Shown in pieces: positions 1 to 13,446 of a DNA stretch of 42,790 nucleotides. The first letter of the stretch is position 1; every line of letters begins with the position of its first letter. Below the pieces are notes generated by a model. That model had not been told where the DNA came from. It did not search any database and saw only the letters and a program-made list of their open reading frames with translations. Position numbers and translations under genes: made by a program. Source of the stretch: Reclinomonas americana ATCC 50394 (taxonomy: Eukaryota); contig PS015136.1 in NCBI GenBank assembly GCA_048213135.1, forward strand, positions 80,190-122,979. The letters are read 5' to 3'.

Positions 1-369
1 CCGTTCACGAAACTCGATAATCCACGGCCGGGTGCTGCACAGATAGAGTGTGCGTGAAAATGAAATGTATTCTGGGCGCACGTACGGCTCCAGCAATGCG
101 GGAAGACTGTCCGTGTTAACCACGCCTGCAAGCAGCAGCAGCTCAGCGATGTAAAGAAGAGCGAGCAGAAATCTCTCTCATTAACAGAGAAACGCACTTA
201 TCAATCGGCGCATTGTCGCCACGTCGACGCTGGCACTGGCCCCGTTCCAGAATCTATTCCACGTGGTGTCGGTGGACGGGCGGAATCCAAACTGCGAACG
301 TGGCTGCTCAGTTCACTTGCAAAGGAGAGAGAGAGAGAGAAGACGTCCCACGTCGGCCTTGCGCCTCAC

Positions 370-3300
370 CTCCAACAGCATCTCCACGAGCTTGATTAAA
401 AGTTGGGGGTTGCGAGACATTTGCCCATCGAGAGCAAACATCAACGGTGATGTGTCGCAATCCATGGCAACTCGTCGCATCTCCGCGAGTTGGTCGGGCG
501 ACAAGGCCAGCAGCCGTGCCCTGCGCAGTCGAGGGTGGGTGCAAAACAAACAAAGAAGATGAATACAACATAAAAGTTCACCTAAGCTGCGCCATGAAAC
601 CGCACGAGGCGAGCGCGCACAGAGGTACGATGGCTGGGGACATTGCGGCAAGTAGCCTACGAAGACACAAAACAGAGGAGCATCAACACATGTCAGCCAG
701 CAACTGCTTAAGACTCGAGAATTCAGTCGGCGTACCTTTCCAGGTCGGGGAGTGCACGCGCGTCGCATGTGGCTTGCTGCATGTTGCACCAGTGACGCGA
801 AATGGCATAGGCCAGTGGAATAATGGTCTCGTGAGGTTTGCCAAGGCCAAGAGTGCCTCCCGACTCTGCGAGAAACGCGTGGAGACACTCAAAGTGACCC
901 GCACGCAGCGCGAGCAGGGCCGGCGTCGGTCCCACCGACTCCCCATTCTCCATACGACGAGCTGTGCACGACAGGCCGGAGATGTTGCGCACTTGTTGCA
1001 CGACCTGTGCCATGGAGCGAGGAGAATGGTTGAGTGCAAGGATGAAACACGTTTTCTTCCTATGCAAGGACGGTAAACAACAGACCAAGACGGGGAATCT
1101 CGGAAGCGCCGCGACAGTCATGTGCAACACGGTCAGGAACATGCGGCAGTCGTACCTCTGCAACGCGTCCACTCCGTGCGCTCTCACAGTGGCGTCGCAC
1201 AACAGGAGCAGTACACGCGCATTGTCTGCCGTGTGACCTTGCTGTGCGGCCAGCATGGCAGGTGTGCATCCGGCGCGGTTGGTGACGGCGAGCCACGCCG
1301 GGAAGCGCTCCGCCAGCTCCTTGACCACTTCCAGGGAGCTGCCGGAGAGTGAGATGAATGAATGGCGTGAAGGGGTAACGGAGCACTCGTGATCGCTCAC
1401 AACATGGCGCGCCGCTGGCAGACGGCATGGAGGGGCGTGTCGCCATTCTGGTCGACGGGTGGCGACGGGCCGGTGATGGTGTCGGAGAGCAGACGGATGC
1501 ACTCGAGCAATTCGTCACCGCGATCGCCAAAGAGCGTGTAGTCCGACACTAGCCAGTGCAGGGGGTGGCGACCCATGACGTCGGGGGCGAGGAGGCTGTC
1601 GCCGATGCCGAGCAAGCTCTAGTTTGAGGAGAAGGAGGAGAGAGGGGGAGGATAAGGAGAAGGAAGACAAGTGAGGAGGAGAGAGGAGAAGGAAGAAGAC
1701 TGAGAAAAGAGAGAAAAAGAGGAGAGATCAGGGGGAGAGTGAAGAAACAAGAGAAAAGACACGAGAGTGGAAGAGGAGGGAAAGAGAGACGAGAAAGAGT
1801 AGACGGCAGAGAGAGGCTGGACAGGAAGAAGACATTGCAACAGGGAGAATGCGACAAATCGAGGATGAGCAGCAAGGAGAAGGGGTGAAGGAGGAAAGGG
1901 GATGAGACTGAGAAAAGAACGGGAGTTGAAGGAAGAAGACAAGCACACAGAGAGGAATGGGAGGATAGCGAGGATGAGCAGGAGAGAAGAAAGACAGGCA
2001 CTGGGAGGGAAAGAGTGGAAAATGCAAGGGCGAAGAAGGGAGAGAGGAGAGAAGACAAGAAGCAGTTGACGACAATCAATGCGAGAAAGTGCAAAGAGAC
2101 TGCAAAGAGGATGGAACGATAGAGAGACAAGAGGAAGAGGCAGACTGGACAACCGAGGCTCAATGTGTGTGCAACATACCGCCGCCTCCAACGTGCGCCG
2201 CATGAGCCAAGCATCCGGACCCTGAAAGTCGAACAGAAGCAGGAGATCGTGGCGTCGATGTATGTACGACTCCACCGTGCACCACTGCGCATCGCGAAGT
2301 GACCTGACGCGAGCGAACACGAGCAGTCGAGCCTCCGCCGGCGGCAAGCGCGAGTACTCGCCGTCGCATCGGGCGTACTCGTCGACCAAGAAGAGCAGGT
2401 GATGCAGCGCGAATGAGCGGTAGAGCAGCGAGTGGAATGCTGAGCGGCCTTCGTCGTCCTTGGCAAAGGGATCGGCACCGGCGTACAGCAGGGTGCTGAC
2501 TACGGCTCTGCGATGGTAGGGGGAGAGAGGGAGAGAGGGAGAGAGGGAGAGAGGGAGAGAGAGAGGGGGAGGGAGAGAGGAAGGGGGGAGAGGGAGCGAG
2601 AGAGAGAGAGAGAGAGAGGTGAGTCGAGAAGAGTGAGAGGAGAGGAAGGAAGAGAGAAGGAAAGAGAGAGAAGTGGAGACGAAAGGAAAGGAAGAGGTAG
2701 GAACGACTGTAGGTAGGACCGAAGGCGGANNNNNNNNNNNNNNNNNNNNNNNNNNNNNNNNNNNNNNNNNNNNNNNNNNNNNNNNNNNNNNNNNNNNNNN
2801 NNNNNNNNNNNNNNNNNNNNNNNNNNNNNNNNNNNNNNNNNNNNNNNNNNNNNNNNNNNNNNNNNNNNNNNNNNNNNNNNNNNNNNNNNNNNNNNNNNNN
2901 NNNNNNNNNNNNNNNNNNNNNNNNNNNNNNNNNNNNNNNNNNNNNNNNNNNNNNNNNNNNNNNNNNNNNNNNNNNNNNNNNNNNNNNNNNNNNNNNNNNN
3001 NNNNNNNNNNNNNNNNNNNNNNNNNNNNNNNNNNNNNNNNNNNNNNNNNNNNNNNNNNNNNNNNNNNNNGGAAGGCGAAGAAAGGAAGAAGTGGAAGACG
3101 ATTAGAGGGAGGAAAACGTAGAATAGGTGGACGTGCGGGTGGAGAGAATGAGGATGACACCAGCGAACACGGAGCCAGTGTAATGAGTGAGTGAGAGAGA
3201 GAGAGAGAGAGAGGCCGCGAGTGAACAGTAGACGAGAGTACGGAATGAGTGAAAGGAGAGACCAGGGAAGAGAGCAACTTTGTGGAGAGAGAGAGAGAGA

Positions 3301-4156
3301 GAAACGAGAAGCAAGGGCGTCAGAGACATACGCGGAAGAAGCGAAAGACAAGGATTGGTTGAGAGAGAGAAGAATTGAAAGTTGGCAAGGCGAGGAGCCA
3401 GAGATGAGACAAGGAGGGCGACATAAACGCAACTCGCTGCCAAAATCACACACGTGCAGCGGGGTGCGACCGCGCCCATCCCGCACCGCCACCATCGCAG
3501 CACTCGCATCCACATCCCCCGCCTCTGTCAACAGCTGCTCCAGCTCCTCATGCCACCCATGCTCCGCGGCCACATGCACCGCACTGGTGCTCCTCCTCAC
3601 TACCTCTGCCTCTGCCTCCTCCTCCGCAGAGTTCCACTCACGCGACGACACCTCCAACGACACCACAGCCGCCATCTCCGCGAGCACGCGACACAATTGC
3701 AGTCGAGAAGCGCGCGGATGCAGCAACACATGCACCAGTGCACTGCTCCCGTCCGCTCGGCAGCGGACAAGTACATGCATCCAAGGTGACGATGGCGAGG
3801 AGAAATCTTCCGAACCCATTGATGATTGCAATCCACGAAATTGCTTGCACAGCTCATCCAGCAGCGGTTGACGTGCCATTACTAATAGATCGTCACCGTC
3901 AACTGCGCACGGGCCTTCCTCAGACAACCATTCACGCGGCAAACATGCGAGTTTCGGGACAGCATGTGGACGGCCGCCGAGAAGCGGTGGAGAGACACAC
4001 CAGTCATGCGATAAAGGCGGGAATGGCTTCTCGTCTGACTCGCAGTCAAGATGCAAGACAACAGCAACATTCTGAGCAGACAGCGCAGCGGACAATTAGT
4101 GTAAGCACCAAGCAGGTGAGCAGGCAGAGAGCGCGCGCGCGTGCCTCATCAATCAT
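370..4156 (-). CDS. Multi-exon ankyrin-repeat protein (3' end uncertain, probably continues toward the window start)
   Basis: Spliced exons give ankyrin-type motifs: SAVHVAAEHGWHEELEQLL, GRTPLHVCDFGSE|AVVSTLLYAGADPFAKDDEGRSAFH, GRHPLHWL, GDTPLHAVC, GCTPAMLAAQQGH, TPALLALRAGHFECL. The putative start exon MIDE (4145-4156) joins NVAVVLHLD (from 4071) through a GC-AG intron. Confidence 0.75.
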
Positions 4157-4288
4157 CGTCGTGGCTTGCACGTACGAGCACGAAGGAGGGGTGTTGCAAG
4201 CGCCGACTGAACAATGCAACAATGCCGGATGTATTTTTAACAGTGCGCAGGACACGCGCCTCGGGACGGCCACGCATTGGTTTCCGTG
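4157..4288. promoter_or_regulatory. Putative compact bidirectional promoter
   Basis: Only 132 bp separate the inferred divergent ATGs of the ankyrin gene (4156, -) and GatA (4289, +). Confidence 0.4.
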
Positions 4289-7068
4289 ATGGCCGTTGCC
4301 GCGCATGGATTGTTGCGCCTCTCTGCGACCGAGGTAATTTTGCGTTTAACACTGGCTTTCGTTCTTGTGTTTGTTTTGATTGTGTTTGTTGTTGTTTGCA
4401 GCTTTCGCATCATTTCCGGTCGACGTCGTCTGTGGTGAATGTGGTGCTTGCGGCGCATGCGGAGGCGCATCGGCATGTGCTTCCGCATGGATGTGCGGCG
4501 TATTTGAATGTGCGAGCGAGTGAATTGGTGGTGAAGGAGGCGGAGGAGGCGGCCAAGAGGATTGCGCGAGGTGAATGAGGCAAAGAGAGAGAGGAGAGGG
4601 TCTCGTTGTGTTTAGGCTTGCATTCTGCATGTTGATGAGCGATGATGGAATGCATCGTGTGTTGTTGTTGATCTTCTTCTTCTCCTCCTCCTTCTCCTCC
4701 TTCTTCTCCTCCTTCTCCTCCTTCTTCTCCNNNNNNNNNNNNNNNNNNNNNNNNNNNNNNNTCTCTCTCTCTGTAACCTTGGCTTTCTTCTTCAAGTTCT
4801 TGTTCTTCTTCTTGTTCTTCTTCTTCTCCTTCTTCTTCCTCTTCTTCTTCTTCGTCTTCTTCTTCTTCTTCTTCTTCTCCTCCTCCTCCTCCTTCTTGTT
4901 CTTCTTGTTCTTCTTCTTCTCCTTCTTCTTCCTCTTCTTCTTCTTCTTCTTCTCCTCCTCCTCCTCCTTCTTGTTCTTCTTGTTCTTCTTCTCCTTCTTC
5001 TTCCTCTTCTCCTTCTTCTTCTTCTCCTTGTTGTTGTTGTTGTTGTTGTCATTCTTCTTCTTCTTCTTCTTCTTCTTCTTCTTCTTCTTCTTCTTCTTCT
5101 TGTTCTTCTTCTTGTTCTTCTTCTTCTTCTTCTTCTTCTTCTTCTTCTTCTTCTTCTTCTTTTTCTTCTTCTTCTTCTTCTTCTTCGTCCTCTACTACTC
5201 CTTGCTTCTTATTCTTCTTCTTCTTCTTCTTCTTTATCTTCTTCTTCTCCCTCTTCTCCCTCTCCTCCTCCTCCTCCTCCTCCTCACCCCCTTCATCACC
5301 CCTTCATCACCCCCTTCATCCACCAACCAACAGGGCAACCGCTGAGCGCGCTCGACGGCGTGCCAGTGTGCATCAAGGACAACTTTTGCGTGCAGGGGCA
5401 ACCGACCAGCGCCGCCTCGCGAATCCTCTCCAGTTGCGCTCGCGCCTCGTCGGCCTCCTCCGACGCACTTGTCACTCACGAATGATGTGCGCAGAGTGGG
5501 TGGCGCCCTACACGGCCACGGCGTGCGAGAGGTTGCTGGTGGGTGGCGGCGCCGTGCTCATTGGCAACAATAATATGGATGAATTCGGCATGGGGTGTGT
5601 TCTCCTTCTGCCCCTCACTGTGCGCTCGTCAGCAACTCATCTCCTCCCCGCAGCAATGCTGGTGTGAATTCGGCCTTTGGGCCCACGCGAAATCCGCTCT
5701 CTGCCGATCTGGTGGCTGGCGGCAGCTCCTCGGGAACGGCCGCGGCTGTCGCGGCGCATACGGCGTTTATGTTGCGTGTGTGTGCTCCATCAACAAGGCT
5801 GCTGGGTGGCAAACTCACTTTTGATGTCGACGAGTAGAGGTCTGTGCAGCGACACGGGCGGCAGTGCGCGACAGCCGGCCGCCTTGTGTGGGCTCGTCGG
5901 TTTCAAACCCACGTACGGTCGCGTGAGTCGGCACGGTCTGCTGGCGTACGCCTCCTCGCTCGACTGTCCGTCGTTGATTGCGCGATCGGTGGCCGACGTG
6001 CGGGTGGCGTTTGGTGAGTCGCGCCTGCCTCACCTCCTTCCCTTCTCCTCTTCATGTCTCCTGGTGTCAGATCTCATCAAGGGCGCCGACGGCCTCGACC
6101 CCACATGCTACACTCCTGTCACGCCCAGTATTCCGCATCCGCTGCCGGCGACTGGCGGAAAACCACTCGACGGTCTCGTGGTCGGCATCCCGCTCGAGTA
6201 CAGCATCGAGGAGTTGTCGGCCGAGGTGCGCGCGGCGTGGGAGTCGGCGGCAATGCGTCTCATGAGTCTTGGCGCGACGGTTCGCCACGTGTCCCTGCCG
6301 CACACGCCGTACGCACTGGCGGCGTACTATGTGATTGTGTGCGCGGAGGTGTCGTCGAATCTGTCGCGTTTCGATGGCGTTCGATTTGGTGCGTACGGCG
6401 TTCTCGAGCAGCCGTCTCGTGCCTCTCCGTGCTCATTGGTTGTTGCAGGCTCCGCTCCCGTGATCGACGACGCCAAAGGCGACGCAGCGCCGCGCATGGA
6501 CTACACTCAATTCGCCAAGACCACGAGGTCGCAGGGCTTTGGGCCGGAAACCATCCGCCGCATTCTGGCCGGCACGGCTGTGCTCTCTGTCGAGTTGTGT
6601 TGTCTCTGATTTCCTTCGCGAGTACCGATGTCATCTCACCCTCCCCAACCCCATGGCGTGCAGTTCGTACGACGCCTTTTTCCGCCAGGCACAACGTGTG
6701 CGTCGGCTGGTGGCCGACGATTTTGGTGCCGTTTTCGCCACCGGCGATGAGCACGTAGATGTATTGCTGACGCCTGTGACACCGCGCTCCACCGTGTCTG
6801 TCGCCGATGCGGCGCGAGAAGCATCCTCGGATCCCACCCGAGGGTACGACTTTGACGTGTTCACGGTGCCTTCGAGCCTGGCGGGTGAGTGAGTGTTTTT
6901 CTGGCAAGTCCTCTTCCTGCATCGTCGTCATCTCTCTCTCGGCGATGTGCAGGATTGCCAGCGATCAGTGTGCCCACAGGAGGCACGCCAGTGGGCATGC
7001 AGCTGATTGGCCCGCGAGACAGCGATGAGTGGCTCCTGCAAGTCGCCGAGAGACTCACGTGCTCGTAA
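4289..7068 (+). CDS. QRSL1: Glutamyl-tRNA(Gln) amidotransferase subunit A (GatA/QRSL1, amidase signature family), multi-exon
   Basis: Spliced product contains LDGVPVCIKDNF, NMDEFGMG, GGSSSG, SDTGGSARQPAALCGLVGFKPTYGRVSRHGL, EVSSNLSRFDGVRFG, GFGPETIRRILAG, YDAFFRQAQRVRR, FTVPSSLAGLPAISVP and GMQLIG. The Lys-cisSer-Ser triad motifs are intact. ATG at 4289, TAA at 7066-7068. Confidence 0.95.
4671..5285. repeat. Long (TTC/CTC/TTG)n trinucleotide microsatellite in GatA intron 2
   Basis: Directly visible; lies within intron 4571-5333. Confidence 0.95.
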
Positions 7069-7118
7069 ACTCACTTTAGATTGACGGGATCTCGCTCGAA
7101 TCCAATCTATTCTTCATT

Positions 7119-10100
7119 CTATTCGTCGTTGCTCTTGTGCGACGAGGCGCGAGGTAATCGCACCGCCAGCTCGCCGAGCAAGTTGCTGACGGGTCCCGCC
7201 ACACCCTCCTGAGCGGCCACAGACGACAGCAAGTTGTGCACAATATGCATGTCCATCTGCAACTCGTCCGGTAGTGCGTGCTCGTCTCTGTCTCCTCCAC
7301 CCGCCTCGTCTACATTGTCAAAGCGATCGAGCGACATGGCCGCCCCGAGCGCCTCCAGCTCGGCATCCATTTCGGCCATGACGTCGCGCAAACTCGGTTC
7401 CTCCTTGTCCCCGGTGTCGTCTGGCGCTGCGGCTGTTTCCGCCCCCTCCTCCTCCTCTCCGTCTTCGTCGTCCTCATCCGACGGTGGGTCTTCGAAATCG
7501 CCTGCTCTCGTGGTGAGCGGGGTGAAGGAACGGAGAGAAAAGCAGAGAGAAGGTAACGCAACTCGGATCAAAGAACCCATCCCACGGTTGCTGCTCATCG
7601 CGAATGCCAACAGCGTTCTTCAGCAGCGCGAACAGCTGCTCGACGTTGAAGTCCACGGGTTGACTGTGTGCACGCACATGTTCAATGAGACGGAGACTTC
7701 AGATCGCGAGCAGCATCGCTCCACACAGACCTGTCACCGACGGCCACATGCGGCACCTCCGCACCCTCGTGGCTCGACATGGCATCCATAAAGGCGCGCA
7801 TGCCCTTGGCCACATCGGCGGCCGATGTGCCATCGGCAGCAGTGGCAGCTGCAGGAGGGGCGGCACTGTGGCCGAGTGCCGGACCGTAGCGCGACATGAG
7901 TTTGTCGAGTTCGTCAATCGACAGCTCCATNNNNNNNNNNNNNNNNNNNNGATAGAGACATAGAGAAAGAGAGAGATAGAGAGAGAGAAAGAGAATGACA
8001 GGAGAACTCACCGCAGATAGGGTTCGGCGAATTGCTGCACCGCCGACGGGTCGGCTGCAAGCAATGCATCCACCTGGTCGGCAAAGTCCAGGTCTCTGCA
8101 GAGGGGGGAGGGAAGAATGAACAGGGGGAAAGAAAGGGGAGAGAGAGTACAAGCAGTCGACTCACCGGTGACTCTCTCCAACCGCAGCCTCATCGGTGAA
8201 CTCAGTCACCACATTCTGCACAAACTCGGCGCGCGCCTGCCTCTCCAACTCGCGATACAGCCGCGAGCCCTCCAACTCGCCGCGAAAGTAGCCGAGGCGA
8301 TGGAGACGCGCCTTGTAGGTTCGCCAGCGTGATTCTGTGGCGGCATCGAACTGCGACGAGTTGTAAGGCGCGGATAAGGAGCGCAAGTGGAATGAGCTTC
8401 TCTGCTCACCTCCACAACATCCGAGTCCCCGACCGCTCGAGTGGACTTGGAGCGGCGGCTCTCCTGGTACGCCATCTCAAACGCGCATGCCTGCACACCG
8501 CCAGTCAGCAACAAAGGTTTGTGCGCCTCGCGAGCCCACTCAGTACGAACCACACGCACGCCGACATCGTAGTGCCGGTGATGTTGTGCCAGCGGGAGAT
8601 CCGGGGGCATCACGAAAGGCTTGGGCGGGTGGAACGACTGCTGTACGAGTTGTGCGAATCGACAGCGCGTGAAGCGCACTGGGTACATGATTCGGTCGCG
8701 GCTTGGAGGGAAGCGTGACATGCTGACGCAGGCCTGAACAGAGGGAAGGGAGGATGAGGGAAGGGAGGAAGAGGGAAGGGAGGAAGAGGGAAGGGAGGAA
8801 GAGGGAAGGGAGGATGAGGGAAGGGAGGATGAGGGAAGGGAGGATGAGGGAAGGGAGAGGGATGAGCTCCTTTTTTTCTGCGTACTCGCTGGCCCACCAG
8901 TAACAGCAGTAATGACAGATGGAACGGACAGAGCGGGGAAGGAGCGCGCAAAGGTGGAGGCTAGAAGGGCAAGAAGGAACGGCAGAGGACGGAAGGAGAA
9001 GAAAGGTAAGGCATGCACCAAGGTAGGCTGTGTAGAGAGCGTGGAATGAGAGTGAGAACATGAAAGGTGAGAGGCGAGAAAATGAAAAGGTGGAGCGAGA
9101 ACGCAGAGATGGCAGTGGAGTGAGGTATGCACCAAGGGAGGCAATATAGAGACCGTGCAAGGAGAGTAAGAACACAAAAGGTGAGGGGTCAGGAAACGAA
9201 ACGGGTGGAGCGAGAACCCACGCACGCCGGTAGAGGGAATGAGAGGTATGCACCAAGGGAGGCAATGTACAGCCGTGCAAGGAGAGTGAGAGAGTATGAA
9301 AGGTGAGGGGCGAGGAAACAAAAGGGTGGAGCGAGAACGCGGAGATGAGGTATGCATCAAGGCAGACAGTGTTGTCGAAGACTGTTTCCCTGTCTCATCC
9401 ACCCACCTGCAATGCCGCTGGATCCCTCGAATAGAAACACTCAATGGCCCGACTAAGCAGCCGCGGCTGCGTGTGCGCGAGGAACGCCACGTCCACCGGC
9501 ACGAAGCAATTGAATACGTGCCGATTCTCCGCCAATGCATGCCCGGGAAACCTGACCACAGCACCCACTGTCAGACCCACACACAGACGCCACCCCCTCC
9601 GCCTCCACGGCTCACTCACCCGCTCAGTTTCTCGCGGAGTAATCTCTGCACGCCGTCAGGTAATCTGGTGCGCTTCGGCAGCGTTTTGATGGCCGCATAC
9701 GCTGCCGCCGGGGTGAGCGGCATTGACGCCGGCGGAATGATGCCGATCTCGCCCGGCGACGTGGGCCCCGGCGGCAAACAGTGCAACTCGCCCGCACACA
9801 GGAACGTGCGATCGTCGGCCACCTCCGGGTCGACCCACGTCGGCAGCTCGTCGGCCGTCTCAATCAACAGGAACTGCCCGTCATTATCGCGCACGACGCA
9901 CAGCACCTCGGGCAGGCGCACCGTCACCTCGCGCAGCACATACACAATCAACCACTCGTCCAGCACATTATCGCCAAAGCGCGAGCTGCCGTAGAGATGC
10001 ACCGGCGCCGCATCGGTCTCCGCCACCAGCACCAAGCGCAACGGATCCTGGTGCCACACATACTCCTCCCCGGCCTCCTGCTGCATCTCGTCGAGCAGAC

Positions 10101-10257
10101 GCTCCACCATCGGCAGCACCACCTCGCGCAGGTAGTGCGCGGGAGTCGCCTCAGCAGCAGCTGGAGCATACAGTCGATAGTGCACCTGGTTGACATCGTT
10201 GCCGGCGGCGGCCAGCTGCGACGCGTTGATCGAGTAGCCACGCAGCAGTTCCTCCAT
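7119..10257 (-). CDS. ECD: Ecdysoneless / hSGT1-family protein, multi-exon
   Basis: Family motifs YVWHQDPLRL, GSSRFGDNVLDEWLIVYVL, DNDGQFLLIETADELPTWVDP, VRFTRCRFAQL, GYFRGELEGSRLY, MRAFMDAMSSHEGAE, VMAEMDAEL and HNLLSSVAAQEGVAGPVSNLLG. Confidence 0.92.
8741..8860. repeat. 15-bp minisatellite (GAGGGAAGGGAGGAW) in ECD intron
   Basis: About 7 tandem copies visible. Confidence 0.9.
8990..9365. repeat. Degenerate ~105-120-bp tandem repeat in ECD intron
   Basis: Recurring ATGCACCAAGG...GAGAGT...GGTGGAGCGAGAAC blocks near 9014, 9127, 9248 and 9352. Confidence 0.8.
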
Positions 10258-11196
10258 TTCTCCTTCACCGACGCGACAGCAGCAACACAGAGAGCAGGTA
10301 GTGCAGGGCGTGCACGGCGAGGAGTCGGGAGTAGCGAAAGGCGTACTTGGTCGCCAGCACTAGATCCAGGAAGCCGCCCGAGGAGAGCACGAGGTCGCGG
10401 GTTTGCAAGGAGTCGGTGTCGCCTGGGGGGAAAGTGGAAGGTGAGAGGGGAAAGGGAGAGAAGGGGAAAGGAGGGAGGGAGAGGGCAAGGGGGAAGGTTT
10501 AGAGGGCGAGAGAAGCGAGAGCCTCTCTCTTTCTTTCTCTCTCTCTCTCTCTTACCTTCCTCCAACAAGGCGTGCTCGGAGACTCGTCGCCAGGCGCGCT
10601 TCTGAGCTGCAGCAAAGCGTCGGAAGCGATGTGGATCGTAAAAGGCCACTGATTGCAAAGCCTACAGAGAACATGTGAGAGAGTGAGAGAGAAGAGAGAG
10701 AGAGAGGGAGAGAGAGAGGAGAGAGAGGGAAGAAGAAGAAGAAGAAGACAGAGGGAGAGAGGAGAGAGAGAGAGAGAAAGAGCAAGGGTCCAGGAAGAGA
10801 GAGAAAATGCATGAGTAAACGTCGTCTTTCCTCTCCAAAAAAAAGCACGCGCATTCTCTCACGCCATGCACCTGATGAATCGGGTGCACAAGGCTCATCC
10901 ACAAGCCACACTGGCGCTCTTCTGTGAGGGGGAAAGCGTCAAAATGCAAGTGTCGTCCTCGTCCCACAACACTCTGACGCAATTGCAACAAACAACGAAG
11001 CGCAGAAGGTAAAAGAGCACACACAAAGAGAGAGAGGCAGAGTGAGAGAGAGAGAAGATGCGCGGAGAAGATTGCAATTTCAGTGTGGAAGAAGAAGAAG
11101 AAGAACATGCAGAGAGAGCTGCAGACTCTCACAGAACCTGCAATCTTGGTGCCACATTGACTGGGCACTCACTCACTCTCTCACTTTCTCACTCAG

Positions 11197-13364
11197 ATGA
11201 GTCGACGCAAATGGGATGTTCCTGGTGACGCGCCTCCTCCACCTCCGCCTCCTCCACCTGACGACGACTACCCCACATCTTCATCGTACCACCACTCGCA
11301 CTCGCACTCCTCAGCAGCAGCCGAGGCATTGCGTCGCGCGCAAGAGGTCGCTGCGCAGCTCAAGGCGCGGCATGCGGGCGCCTATGATGGACAGCCTCCG
11401 CCTCCGCCTCCTGATGATGACTATGGTCAGGAGAAGGCTGGTGGAGATGATGATGGAGACGGGGAGATCACCGACCGAGAGATTGAGATCAATGAGAGTC
11501 GGCATCGTGGGTTTCTGACGCGTGGGCAGACGCAGAAGGAGGTGAGGAGCAGGCGAAGGGAGGGTGGGGAAGGGATGGGTGAATGGGGAAGGGCGAGAAG
11601 GCGCGAGAATGCACTCTAAAAGAGAAGAAAGAAGAAGAATAAGAACAAGAAGAACAGAGCGAGAGAGAGACGGCGCGTTATGATGGACAGAGTCCTCCTC
11701 CTCCTCCTCCTCCTCCTCTTCCTCCTCCTCCTCCCGATGGAGAAGGGTGGTGGAGGCGGTGATGATGCCGATGAAGACATGAAGATCGATGAGTGGGGCT
11801 TGTGACACAAAGGCAGACGTAGCAGGAAGTGTGAATGCGGGAAAGAGATTGCAGAATGAAGCAACAGCACACGCTCCGTCTGAAGCATGCAGCGACTGAT
11901 ATGTAGGAGCATAACTCATTGTCATCGCTCCCTTCATCCGCATTCTTCCCCTTCCTTGCTCACCTCCCCTTCCCCTCTTCGCAGATCGAGGCCGACTCTG
12001 GCGCCGCGGTCATCACTCGCGGAATCTACCAGGACCCGAATGGACCGCCGACCGGCGAGCGACCGCTCTACTTGAAGGTCACTGGCAAGCGATCGCAGGT
12101 CGACAAGGCTGTGGCGCTCATCGAGAACGTGATGCAATTCGGCCGTCTGCACCTGTACAACGGGCCTGGTCAGCGCAACTTTGGCTTCTCGGAAAAGGTG
12201 ATGGTCGGCATCGACTCGAAGGACGATCGCTTTCCGGTCGTGGGCAAGATTGTCGGTCCCAAGGGCGCCTTCCTCAAGCACATTCAGAACGAGAGCGGCG
12301 CCAAGGTGTTCCTGAAGGGCCGCGGCTCCAACTTCCAGGAGACGTTTGACGAGCCCATGTATGTGGACATTCAGGCGCCCACCGATGTGTCGCTGGCGAC
12401 GGCCAAGAAGCTGACCGAGAATCTGCTGGCCACGGTCCGAAAGCAGTACGAGGAGCATGTGTGAGTCCGCGTGGGCGAGCGATTAGAAGAGTGATTATCC
12501 GCTCTCTTATTCTTAGCGCCACCTTTTACAGGAACTACCGCAGTGGAGGTCGTCGCGGTGGCCCCGGTGGCCCCGGTGGTTCCGGAACCAGCTCCAATGC
12601 CACCCCGCTCGCAGGAGCCGTGCCTCCGCCACCCCCACCGCCACCGCCGGTTCCCGGATACGGCGGCTATCCCGGTTATCCGCCAGCGTTGCGTCTTTGT
12701 TTGTTCCCACTCCTGCTCGGGCGAATCATCGCATCTCATTTTTCGCACGTCGCAGTTATCCGGGCTACTATCCGGGCTATGCGCCGCCGCCACCACCGCC
12801 GCCAGCGATGGCACCGGGAATGGCGCCGGGAGAGGTGGCTCCGGGCGATACGCCGCCAGGGCTCGGGCCTGCGGTGCCGGCGGCAGCACCGGCGGCAGTG
12901 CCAGGGTACCCAGCGTACTATCCGGGTTACGAGCAGTATTATGCGCAGTGCGTTTGTGGGGAAGGAGGGAAAGGAGAGGGAGGGTGGGAGAGATGTAGTC
13001 TCTTTGCTGCTGTTGCATCTTGTCACTCTGTGGCACAGTGCATGTGCGGTGTGTGTTGGTGGTCGGAGAAAGATGTAGAAGGAGGGTTCGAGAGATATGT
13101 GTCTCTAAGTGCTTGTGGAAAGAGAGAGGAAGTCAGCGGGAGAGGGAGGGATTATGGGTGAGAGTGAGAGAGAGAGGGGAGAAATGGTGTAGGGGGACAG
13201 CGACAAGAGAGATCTACCTGTCGCCATTGACCCTGTGTATGTGCTTGTGTCTCTGACTGCCTGTGAATAGAGAGGCGAGAGAGTGAGAGGGAGGGAGACA
13301 AGGTTTAGAAGGAGGGGTACGAGAGATGTCAGCAGTTTCGTGCGCTGCGCTTTTGTCGTTCCTC

Positions 13365-13446
<82 letters not shown>

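Noticed and set aside
1620-2130. Long Leu/Ser/Phe-rich minus-strand ORFs resembling membrane proteins (also at 40802-41649)
   Set aside because: Polypyrimidine-rich introns of the ankyrin and carrier genes, stop-poor because of their composition.
4575-5345. Long poly-Phe / poly-Arg/Lys/Glu ORFs
   Set aside because: Translations of the (TTC)n microsatellite inside GatA intron 2.
5562-5576. GatA GNNNMDEF instead of the usual GKTNMDEF as a sign of inactivation
   Set aside because: The catalytic Lys (IKDN) and both Ser motifs are intact and the frame is open; most likely a tolerated substitution.
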